A DNA stretch of 35,018 bases from Eubacteriales bacterium (GCA_045644965.1 JAZRHW010000170.1:1-35018), one strand, 5' to 3'. Positions 8,198-14,240 are shown, counted from the stretch's first letter. The notes: generated by a model not told the origin, from the letters alone. Numbers and translations: made by a program.

Positions 8198-8216
8198 CGT
8201 TTCACCTTCCTTCAGC

Positions 8217-8297
8217 TTACTTTTTGTTGTTCTTGCCCATTGCACAAAGTGCAAGAAGCGTTAAACAAATGATAATAGTGATTATTACTCCGTACAT
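8217..8297 (-). CDS. 26-aa hydrophobic single-TM peptide (MYGVIITIIICLTLLALCAMGKNNKK)
   Basis: Not in the ORF track. ATG at 8297 is preceded by TAAGGAGG with a 7-nt spacer. Fits exactly between two genes. Confidence 0.5.
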   Translation of the reverse strand: MYGVIITIIICLTLLALCAMGKNNKK

Positions 8298-8309
8298 CTT
8301 CGCCCCTCC

Positions 8310-8630
8310 TTAATCCAACTTGATCCTGATGCTTGACTTAACAGGCGATAGCTTCACATATTCATCGTACATTTCGGGCTTTTCTGCCTTGAATTTCTTG
8401 CTATCGAACGTTTCTCTGTAAGACGGTGCAATATAGGTGATCGCCATTCCGTTTTCTTCATCTTCAACCTTCAAGATGCCCTTTGCTTCCATCTCTGCCT
8501 TGATAGCTTCTTTCAGGGCTTCCTCTTGCTCCTTGATCAGCTTCATCTGTCTTTCAAATTCCGCTATCTTTTTGCTAACCGCCATATCAAGTATGGAGTT
8601 ACCGTTCTCAACTTTGATTAAATCGTTCAT
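8310..8630 (-). CDS. hypothetical coiled-coil protein (106 aa)
   Basis: ATGA overlap with the erf stop. Conserved position between the annealase and the exonuclease. Confidence 0.7.
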   Translation of the reverse strand: MNDLIKVENGNSILDMAVSKKIAEFERQMKLIKEQEEALKEAIKAEMEAKGILKVEDEENGMAITYIAPSYRETFDSKKFKAEKPEMYDEYVKLSPVKSSIRIKLD

Positions 8631-9235
8631 TGTTTGTTACCCTTTCTTTTGGAGATTAAGGCACTCGCCTGAGAGATTGTCAAATTGTGAAGATCATCGG
8701 TTCTTGCCCATTCATAGATTTTAGGCATTTCCTCTGCGTTATAGAGCTTGGTTATCATTTCCAACTGCTTTTCGGTTGCTCTCGGTTCTGCTTTCGGCTC
8801 TGCCTTTCCAAGATTGCCGTTATCCATACTGTCAATTACCTCGCCATCGGTGATACCAAATGCGTTAAGATACAAATATCTCTTGTAATAGGTATTTAAT
8901 GCTCCGAGATACTGAATATCCTGCATTGTCTTGACTTCTCTCGCTTCGCCCGTGTTACTATCAACCTTGATATTTACGGGAGTTTCAAACAGCACAAACG
9001 GCATTGTGTAGGTGTTGACCTCTTCGCCTTTCATAAGCTCCAATACAGCATAGTCATTTTTGATATAAAATCTATCGTTTACATCCTCCGCTTCCATAAG
9101 CTCGTTCAGCTTCGGCAGGAAGTCCGACAGTTCAAAATAATCGAATCCCGCAAATTTGTTTTTACCGCTTTTCTTCAGCTTTGCGTTCTGCAAGCTCACC
9201 CTGATCGAAATAATGCTTTGATTTAATGTTTTCAT
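8627..9235 (-). CDS. erf: ERF-family single-strand annealing protein
   Basis: KKSGKNKFAGFDYFELSDFLP...NTYYKRYLYLNAFGI fits the ERF pattern. The track start at 9250 is GTG, whereas ATG at 9235 has a GTGAGG RBS. Confidence 0.75.
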   Translation of the reverse strand: MKTLNQSIISIRVSLQNAKLKKSGKNKFAGFDYFELSDFLPKLNELMEAEDVNDRFYIKNDYAVLELMKGEEVNTYTMPFVLFETPVNIKVDSNTGEAREVKTMQDIQYLGALNTYYKRYLYLNAFGITDGEVIDSMDNGNLGKAEPKAEPRATEKQLEMITKLYNAEEMPKIYEWARTDDLHNLTISQASALISKRKGNKQ

Positions 9236-9246
9236 CTTAATGTACC

Positions 9247-9381
9247 TCACTTTCCGTATTCGTCTCTGCCTTGACCGCTAAAGTCGCATAAGCCATTGTC
9301 AACAGCCCATCTCCGCTTTTTACCGTCAAAACCTAAAACCCATAACACTGTTTCCTTAATTACTCCGAATGCCTTTTTCAT
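9247..9381 (-). CDS. possible small ORF (44 aa)
   Basis: Not in the ORF track. ATG at 9381 with AAAGGAAG upstream. Fills the gap between two genes, and its TGA lies inside the erf RBS. Confidence 0.35.
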   Translation of the reverse strand: MKKAFGVIKETVLWVLGFDGKKRRWAVDNGLCDFSGQGRDEYGK

Positions 9382-9385
9382 TTTC

Positions 9386-9553
9386 TTATCTTCCTTTCAA
9401 TTGTCTGTATTCTTCCGAATGTGCTGTGTAATAGATGCTCATTACATCTCCCAATCTTTTAGCCATTTTATCAAGGTGTTCGGGAGATAGCTTGACTACT
9501 TGCTTGTCCCCCACAAAGAACGTGCAGGTAAGCTTTTGTTCTTTCCTTGCCAT
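9386..9553 (-). CDS. possible small ORF (55 aa)
   Basis: Not in the ORF track. ATG at 9553 is preceded by AAAGGAG with a 7-nt spacer. Sequence MARKEQKLTCTFFVGDKQVVKLSPEHLDKMAKRLG... Confidence 0.5.
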   Translation of the reverse strand: MARKEQKLTCTFFVGDKQVVKLSPEHLDKMAKRLGDVMSIYYTAHSEEYRQLKGR

Positions 9554-9589
9554 TGAAATGCTCCTTTTAATTGTTTGGTGTTATAGTAT

Positions 9590-9778
9590 TCAAAACAGGC
9601 TTTCTTGGTACTCAATTTCACGCTCGTTTATGAAATTGACGCATTCTTCATAATGCCCTCTGAAAACCGTTGTAATGGGATCGTGTTCGTTGTCTGTTTC
9701 CGTTTCTCTCACTTCGTGCGTTCCGTTGAAGAACCTGATCCAATAATGATGACAGCCTATGTACCTATCGTATCTCAT
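9590..9778 (-). CDS. hypothetical protein (62 aa)
   Basis: ATG at 9778 with GAGGAGAAGG RBS. First gene after cro. Confidence 0.65.
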   Translation of the reverse strand: MRYDRYIGCHHYWIRFFNGTHEVRETETDNEHDPITTVFRGHYEECVNFINEREIEYQESLF

Positions 9779-9794
9779 TGCCTTCTCCTCTTCT

Positions 9795-9810
9795 ATCCCA
9801 AAAGTGGGAT
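9795..9810. promoter_or_regulatory. distal operator: perfect 16-bp palindrome ATCCCAAAAGTGGGAT
   Basis: An 18-bp identical copy of the site at 10056..10073. Lies between the cro stop and the next RBS. Confidence 0.6.
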
Positions 9811-9812
9811 GA

Positions 9813-10034
9813 TTATGCCAAAAAAATTTCGGCTCTCGTTGCCGAATCTTCTACCTCAAGGATGTCGCAAATCACATCTGCATCTTCACAATCAAACTGC
9901 GATCTGCCGTTCATCTTAGAGCTGAAGGTGTTCTCGGTGGTTTTAACACCACGCTTGTTCATCTCTGCCACAAGTGATTTTTGGGTATGCCCCTTTAGAA
10001 CCATTTGTGCTTTCAACTTGTTTACGTCTACCAT
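9813..10034 (-). CDS. Cro-like XRE-family HTH protein (73 aa)
   Basis: ATG at 10034 with AAGGAGG RBS (the track start at 10109 lies in the promoter region). HTH segment GHTQKSLVAEMNKRGVKTTENTFSSKMNG. Divergent from the repressor gene. Confidence 0.75.
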   Translation of the reverse strand: MVDVNKLKAQMVLKGHTQKSLVAEMNKRGVKTTENTFSSKMNGRSQFDCEDADVICDILEVEDSATRAEIFLA

Positions 10035-10056
10035 ATAATCCTCCTTATTTGATTTT

Positions 10057-10072
10057 ATCCCAAAAGTGGGAT
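10057..10072. promoter_or_regulatory. operator O1: perfect palindrome ATCCCAAAAGTGGGAT at the predicted early-promoter start site
   Basis: Seen directly. Lies 9 bp downstream of the -10 of the minus-strand promoter. Confidence 0.65.
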
Positions 10073-10080
10073 GCGAGTAC

Positions 10081-10109
10081 ATTGTAGCACACTTTTTTTC
10101 ATTTGTCAA
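10081..10109 (-). promoter_or_regulatory. early (PR-like) sigma-70-type promoter TTGACA-N17-TACAAT with TGC extended -10
   Basis: The reverse complement of 10081..10110 reads gTTGACAaatgaaaaaaagtgTGCTACAAT. Confidence 0.7.
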
Positions 10110-10123
10110 CCCTTTTTTGGGAT
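10108..10123. promoter_or_regulatory. degenerate operator O2 (AACCCTTTTTTGGGAT)
   Basis: 10 of 12 half-site positions match the ATCCCA/TGGGAT palindrome. Overlaps the -35 of the early promoter by 2 bp (10108..10109). Confidence 0.4.
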
Positions 10124-10149
10124 AAAATAAAAAAATTTTTTGATTTTCT

Positions 10150-10165
10150 ATTGCATTTTTGGGAT
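10150..10165. promoter_or_regulatory. degenerate operator O3 (ATTGCATTTTTGGGAT)
   Basis: 10 of 12 half-site positions match. Overlaps the candidate -35 of the repressor promoter. A further TGGGAT lies at 10181..10186. Confidence 0.4.
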
Positions 10166-10179
10166 GTATGGTGTAAAAT
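10151..10179 (+). promoter_or_regulatory. candidate repressor-maintenance promoter TTGCAT-N17-TAAAAT
   Basis: Hexamers seen directly. The leader would be very short, because AGGAGG at 10187 is immediately downstream. Confidence 0.4.
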
Positions 10180-10200
10180 ATGGGATAGGAGGTGAAAAAG

Positions 10201-10599
10201 ATGTCAACTCGTTCCGAACGAATAAAAGCATTGATAGAACAATCAAAGCTATCTTACCAAGAATTAGAAAAAATAACAGGAATAAAGAAGTCATCGCTTC
10301 AAAGGTATGCATCAGGTACAACGGCAAAGATTCCGTTGGATGTTATCGAAAAATTATCAAAGGCTTTCAGCGTGTCGCAAGAATATTTAATGGGATGGAG
10401 CGATAATAAAAAAACAAACACCCCCGAAAAGCAAAAGCTTTCCGAAGGTGAAAAAATGTGGATGGAGCTATACCATCGACTATCGCACGAAACAAGAAAG
10501 GTACTTATCACATCTCTCGGCTCATTTGATACATTAACTGAAGATCAGCAACAACTCGCCCTTGAGTTGATCCGTGTTGCTTTGAAAAACAAGAAATAA
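10201..10599 (+). CDS. cI-like XRE-family repressor without an S24 peptidase domain
   Basis: ATG at 10201 lies 8 nt after AGGAGG (the track start at 10192 is GTG inside the RBS). HTH segment LSYQELEKITGIKKSSLQRYASG. Divergent from the Cro-like gene. Confidence 0.8.
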   Translation: MSTRSERIKALIEQSKLSYQELEKITGIKKSSLQRYASGTTAKIPLDVIEKLSKAFSVSQEYLMGWSDNKKTNTPEKQKLSEGEKMWMELYHRLSHETRKVLITSLGSFDTLTEDQQQLALELIRVALKNKK

Positions 10600-10681
10600 T
10601 GTCTGCAACGGTAAGCACCGCTTGTTCAACGTTATCGTTTTCAAGTATAAGTTTAATTAGTTCCGCTTTATTTTCTGTCAT
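10508..10681 (-). CDS. possible 57-aa ORF convergent with, and overlapping by 92 nt, the 3' end of the repressor gene
   Basis: Not in the ORF track. ATG at 10681 is preceded by GGGGGA with an 8-nt spacer. Sequence MTENKAELIKLILENDNVEQAVLTVADIISCF... A candidate extended -10 lies upstream. Confidence 0.35.
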   Translation of the reverse strand: MTENKAELIKLILENDNVEQAVLTVADIISCFSKQHGSTQGRVVADLQLMYQMSREM

Positions 10682-10735
10682 TGCTCAATCCCCCTATATA
10701 ATACCCGAACATACGTTCTAAATTTAGTTTACTTC

Positions 10736-10744
10736 ATTATAACA
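10736..10744 (-). promoter_or_regulatory. extended -10 element TGTTATAAT on the minus strand
   Basis: The reverse complement of acattataa...attata reads TGTTATAAT. There is no properly spaced -35. It would fire towards the repressor 3' end. Confidence 0.4.
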
Positions 10745-10747
10745 TTG

Positions 10748-10776
10748 TTGTCAAACAAATTTTGTCGAAATATTAT
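10748..10776 (+). promoter_or_regulatory. candidate promoter TTGTCA-N17-TATTAT for the XRE-integrase operon
   Basis: Hexamers and the 17-nt spacer seen directly. Back-to-back with the minus-strand element. Confidence 0.45.
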
Positions 10777-10810
10777 GCTAAAATTATATATTTAATTAAC
10801 CCCAAAATCA

Positions 10811-10843
10811 ATACTCAACTTTAATACTTTTATACTCAACTTT
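10811..10843 (+). repeat. two 12-bp direct repeats ATACTCAACTTT with starts 21 bp apart
   Basis: 10811..10822 and 10832..10843 are identical. They are followed by a 5-bp-stem inverted repeat GATGC-N8-GCATC at 10844..10861. Confidence 0.8.
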
Positions 10844-10897
10844 GATGCCGTAGATAGCATCAAAAATAATACTAATTTTTTAAAAAAGGATAAAAAT

Positions 10898-11305
10898 ATG
10901 TTACTTGATAACTTAAAAGAATTAAGGAAAGCATCAGGAATGACCTATGAAGAGATCGCAGTGGCAAGTATGACCCCCGAAAGCACCGTTAAACGTATCT
11001 TTTCGGGCAAAAGTGAGCCTCTTGCTTCTACTCTATATCGAATTGTCAAAGCTCTTGGTGGCTCTCTTGATGATGTTCTCGCAGATACTAACATAATACT
11101 CTCACCAAAAACATTAGCAGAAGTTAAGGAAACCGCAGTGGTAGCAGAAGCGGAACGTGATCTTGTTCTCGCAGAGCTTGAAATGCTAAGAGCAAAGACC
11201 TCCGCACAAGAAACAGAAATACTTCTTCTTAAAGAAAAGCTTCAACACAAAGAAGAGCTTCTTGCGGTCTATAATTACTTTACAAAAATTAAACCAATAG
11301 AATAA
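10898..11305 (+). CDS. second XRE-family HTH protein with C-terminal coiled coil
   Basis: AAGGA RBS. HTH segment MTYEEIAVASMTPESTVKRIFSGKSEP, followed by the heptad-rich LVLAELEMLRAKTSAQETEILLLKEKLQHKEELL. Confidence 0.8.
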   Translation: MLLDNLKELRKASGMTYEEIAVASMTPESTVKRIFSGKSEPLASTLYRIVKALGGSLDDVLADTNIILSPKTLAEVKETAVVAEAERDLVLAELEMLRAKTSAQETEILLLKEKLQHKEELLAVYNYFTKIKPIE

Positions 11306-11328
11306 TAAATAATGAAGGAAGTGATCCC

Positions 11329-12798
11329 GTGGATGATTTATTCAAAATAGGCTCAGCCTACATTCGTGTTTCGGACGAAAGGCAAGATGAATACTCCCCT
11401 GATTCTCAGCTAAAGAAGATAAGAGAATATGCGAAGAAAGAAGGTTATCAAATCCCTGATGAATATGTATTCTACGATGACGGTATCTCAGGAAGAAACG
11501 TTAAAAAACGTGGCGATTTTAACCGTATGATCGCAACAGCAAAGGAGAAAAGCCACCCGTTTGAAACGATATTTGTATGGAAGTTTTCAAGATTTGCCCG
11601 TAATCAGGAACAGGCTATATTGTATAAGAACCTGCTAAGAAAGAACGGTGTTTCCGTTGTTTCCGTTTCCGAGCCTATTCCTGAAGGGCATTTTGGTACA
11701 CTTATAGAACGTATCATAGAATGGATGGATGAATTTTACTCTATAAACCTCGGTGTGGAAGTGTCAAGAGGTATGGAAGAAAAATTCTCCCGTGGCGAAC
11801 CAACCTGTCATCCTCCGTTCGGTTATTATATGACAGCTAAGAAATGGTTTGTTAATGAAGAAGAAGCTGACTTTGTTCGTGAAGCGTTCCAAAGGTTCGC
11901 AGACGGAGAAGGTGCAAGAACAATAGCAATGGATTTCGGCAACCGTGGAATCCGCACAAAGCGTGGAAATGCACCTGACAACCGTTGGATTGATTATATG
12001 CTGAACAACCCTGCATACACAGGAATGCTGAGACGAAGCCCAAGCGGAACAAGAACCATCTCAAAACGCAACTACAAAGACGAAGAGATTGCATTGGTCG
12101 AAGGGCTACACGAACCGTTGATCTCAATCGAATTGTGGGATAAGGTGCAGGAAAGAATTAAGCAGATAAAAAAGATATACCCGAAGTATGCCAAACGAGA
12201 ACAGTTGACGGATTATATGCTCAAAGGCATTGTAAGGTGCAGTTCTTGCGGTGCAACATTGGCAAGAGGTGCTGTAACGAGCGGAAAGAGCCAAAACCGC
12301 ACTATGCAGTGCTGTAACTATTCAAGAGGATCTTGTAAAGTTTCTCATTCGGTCACAATGCCGAAGATAGAAAATGCTCTTATAGAAGGTTTGGAGCAGG
12401 TGATAAAAACCAAGCAATTCACCATCGTTCCCAAAGAACCGAAGAAATCCGAAAATGCCACCATTGACTTTGATAAGCTCATAGCCATAGAGGAACGCAA
12501 GCTTGAGAGGGCAAAACAAGCATTCCTTGCTGAAATAGACACGATAGAGCAATACGGGCAAAACAAGAAGGAAATAACCGAACGTATCAACAATCTTATT
12601 GCAAAGCGTGATGAGGAAGCACCAAAGACAGAGATTGATCCTGATGCGTATGCAAAAAAGGTAGCGGAGATAGTCGAGTTTATCAAACGAGATGATGTAA
12701 CCGCAACGGCAAAGAATGAAGCCCTACGCACCGTATTAGATAAGATAGTGTATGAAAAAGCTAAAGGCAATTTAGCTATTTATTTTAACGAATTTTAA
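11329..12798 (+). CDS. int: large serine recombinase (integrase)
   Basis: GTG start with GAAGGAAG RBS. Resolvase catalytic motif AYIRVSDERQ, recombinase domain, Cys cluster CSSCG...CCNYSRGSC and C-terminal coiled coil. Confidence 0.9.
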   Translation: MDDLFKIGSAYIRVSDERQDEYSPDSQLKKIREYAKKEGYQIPDEYVFYDDGISGRNVKKRGDFNRMIATAKEKSHPFETIFVWKFSRFARNQEQAILYKNLLRKNGVSVVSVSEPIPEGHFGTLIERIIEWMDEFYSINLGVEVSRGMEEKFSRGEPTCHPPFGYYMTAKKWFVNEEEADFVREAFQRFADGEGARTIAMDFGNRGIRTKRGNAPDNRWIDYMLNNPAYTGMLRRSPSGTRTISKRNYKDEEIALVEGLHEPLISIELWDKVQERIKQIKKIYPKYAKREQLTDYMLKGIVRCSSCGATLARGAVTSGKSQNRTMQCCNYSRGSCKVSHSVTMPKIENALIEGLEQVIKTKQFTIVPKEPKKSENATIDFDKLIAIEERKLERAKQAFLAEIDTIEQYGQNKKEITERINNLIAKRDEEAPKTEIDPDAYAKKVAEIVEFIKRDDVTATAKNEALRTVLDKIVYEKAKGNLAIYFNEF

Positions 12799-12803
12799 TT
12801 ATC

Positions 12804-12839
12804 ATAAAAAACAACTTGGAGGAGCTGATTGCTTTTTAT
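12804..12839. other. imperfect inverted repeat ATAAAAAACAA-N14-TTGCTTTTTAT (attP candidate)
   Basis: 10 of 11 arm positions are complementary. Lies 6 bp after the recombinase stop, between the convergent int and endolysin genes. Confidence 0.25.
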
Positions 12840-12872
12840 TATAACTACCTCAAAGCCTTGAATATAGGCAAC

Positions 12873-12909
12873 AAAAAAGGGCTGTGATTGATTTCACAGC
12901 CTTTTCTTT
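12873..12909. terminator. bidirectional intrinsic terminator shared by int (+) and endolysin (-)
   Basis: Stem GGCTGTGA-ttgatt-TCACAGCC, flanked by AAAAAA on the left and TTTTCTTT on the right. Confidence 0.75.
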
Positions 12910-12910
12910 G

Positions 12911-13498
12911 TTATTCGGTTTTTATAAATGCGGAATAGCCTTTTGATCTTAGCTCGTTGCAAAGTTTTTCGGCATTAGCTCTATTTGAAAAAGCTCCCAC
13001 CTGCACCTTGTGTAATTGGTTGTTCATCTTTGCTTCTATCATCTTAATAAATCTATCCCACCCCATATCTAAGGTTCTATGCGGACAGTATTTACCGTTA
13101 TAATCTTGATGCTTTGTTACCCTATCAACACCCCAATTATATTTTTTAAGAATTGATACGATTAGATCAACTGCGTTTTTCTCCGCTTGTATAAATCAAT
13201 CGCCACCGCTCTTTGAATAGCAGATCTCAACTGCTACACCCTCACGGTTGCCTTTTCCGTTTGCCCCATCTCCGCAGTGCCAAGCGTTTCTGTTTTCGGG
13301 AATGCCTTGCACCACTTCTTTATCATCTACGGCATAATGGAATGATACCTCTTGATTATTCCCGATCATATAAGCGATCTCATTTCTCGCAGGAGCATCA
13401 TTCGCTGTATTATGCACCACGATCCTTGACGGTGTCATTGAATAAGGGCATTTGATATTATATTTGTCTGTTGGTACTAAATTTTTTATTATATTCAT
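12911..13498 (-). pseudogene. full-length PlyG/XlyA-type N-acetylmuramoyl-L-alanine amidase (Amidase_2) plus SPOR domain, interrupted by one in-frame TGA at 13196..13198
   Basis: The frame of 13196..13498 stays open for 94 more codons after the TGA: FIQAEKNAVDLIVSILKKYNWGVDRVTKHQDYNGKYCPHRTLDMGWDRFI...VQVGAFSNRANAEKLCNELRSKGYSAFIKTE. Confidence 0.8.
13196..13498 (-). CDS. N-terminal 100 codons of the amidase_2 endolysin (standard-code ORF ending at the internal TGA)
   Basis: AAGGAG RBS. Motifs PSRIVVHNTAN, SFHYAVDD, NAWHCGDG and VEICYSKSGGD. Confidence 0.85.
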   Translation of the reverse strand: MNIIKNLVPTDKYNIKCPYSMTPSRIVVHNTANDAPARNEIAYMIGNNQEVSFHYAVDDKEVVQGIPENRNAWHCGDGANGKGNREGVAVEICYSKSGGD

Positions 13499-13523
13499 AT
13501 TGTCATCTCCTTAAATTGTTATT

Positions 13524-13558
13524 TAAAAAAAGAAAATGGGGAGTGAAATTCACCCCCC
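13524..13558 (-). terminator. intrinsic terminator between the lipase gene and the endolysin gene
   Basis: The minus strand reads GGGGGGTGAATTTCACTCCCC followed by ATTTTCTTTTTTT. Confidence 0.7.
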
Positions 13559-13572
13559 ACAATCTTGTGTGT

Positions 13573-14211
13573 TCAATTCAACTCTGCCATATAAGCTGAG
13601 TTATAATGTGCTTCAATAGGCTTGTACTTTCCTTCCTCACCTATCTCGGTAATGTTAATGTCTCGATACCCAAATACTTTCGGAGGAAGATGTGTGATTA
13701 GATCAGGAATGTTCCTGATCGTCTCAAAGGCTGAAATTCTCTCTCTAATAGCTTTGGGAATGTACCCCCATAAAACCCTCGGAGCACCAAAGCCATAACC
13801 GCTAACGTTAAAGTTTTTGCCGTACAGATATGCCATATCCTCAGTGGCAAACAAAGCCATAGCACCACCGTGAGAATATCCGCCAATGGTTATATTTGAT
13901 ATATTGGTATGCTGTTGCAATGTCTGTGCCACACGGTTTTCTATCTCATCCCTCATTGCTTTCCATACCCTTAAAAATCCCCTATGGCAGAACCATTTCT
14001 CTGTCATACGCTTATAAGGTTTTGCGGGGAAGTCAAGATTGTTTCGCCAATCTTCCGCACCATCCGACCATTCAAAAAGTATGTATAATGTATTGTCATC
14101 AACCTCAATGGCATAATCACCGCCCTCTGCGGTATGCGTATAATCTGCATCTAAACAACGCTTGAACAGGAGATCCATACCATCGTGCTGATTTGTTCTC
14201 ATTGCTCTCAT
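13573..14211 (-). CDS. class-3 lipase-like alpha/beta hydrolase (Lipase_3 family)
   Basis: GGYSHGGAMA (GxSxG nucleophile elbow), YGFGAPRV, NIPDLITHLPP (Asp) and PIEAHYNSAY (His). ATG at 14211 lies 9 nt after AAGGAG, whereas the track ATG at 14229 has no RBS. Confidence 0.75.
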   Translation of the reverse strand: MRAMRTNQHDGMDLLFKRCLDADYTHTAEGGDYAIEVDDNTLYILFEWSDGAEDWRNNLDFPAKPYKRMTEKWFCHRGFLRVWKAMRDEIENRVAQTLQQHTNISNITIGGYSHGGAMALFATEDMAYLYGKNFNVSGYGFGAPRVLWGYIPKAIRERISAFETIRNIPDLITHLPPKVFGYRDINITEIGEEGKYKPIEAHYNSAYMAELN

Positions 14212-14240
14212 TTTGATATTCTCCTTCATTAATTATATAT

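Noticed and set aside
10749-10754. TTGACA hexamer on the minus strand as the -35 for the antisense promoter
   Set aside because: It lies only 7 nt from the TATAAT, so the spacing is incompatible. The element can only work as an extended -10 promoter.
10600-10897. tRNA, other ncRNA gene or CRISPR array in the largest intergenic region
   Set aside because: The region is AT-rich with no cloverleaf-compatible stems or T-loop-like GTTCGA/GTTCAA motif. The only repeats are two 12-mers. No other intergenic gap is large enough.
12345-12770. 141-aa and 79-aa minus-strand ORFs inside the recombinase gene, with similar cases at 4673..5110, 21819..22259, 27276..27593 and 5905..6150
   Set aside because: Each is nested within or antisense to a well-supported gene, has biased composition and lacks an RBS.
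13150-13198. Selenocysteine insertion at the endolysin TGA
   Set aside because: Only a weak, bulged 6-bp hairpin follows the codon. The aligned residue in homologues is not catalytic (Arg in my recollection). No sel genes are present.
12911-13498. Genome-wide TGA reassignment (code 4 or 25) as the explanation for the in-frame TGA
   Set aside because: Every other long gene is open under the standard code. TGA also serves as the genuine stop in at least six tightly coupled junctions (for example 25582, 20274, 14785, 8627, 5516 and 1772). Only one internal TGA exists.
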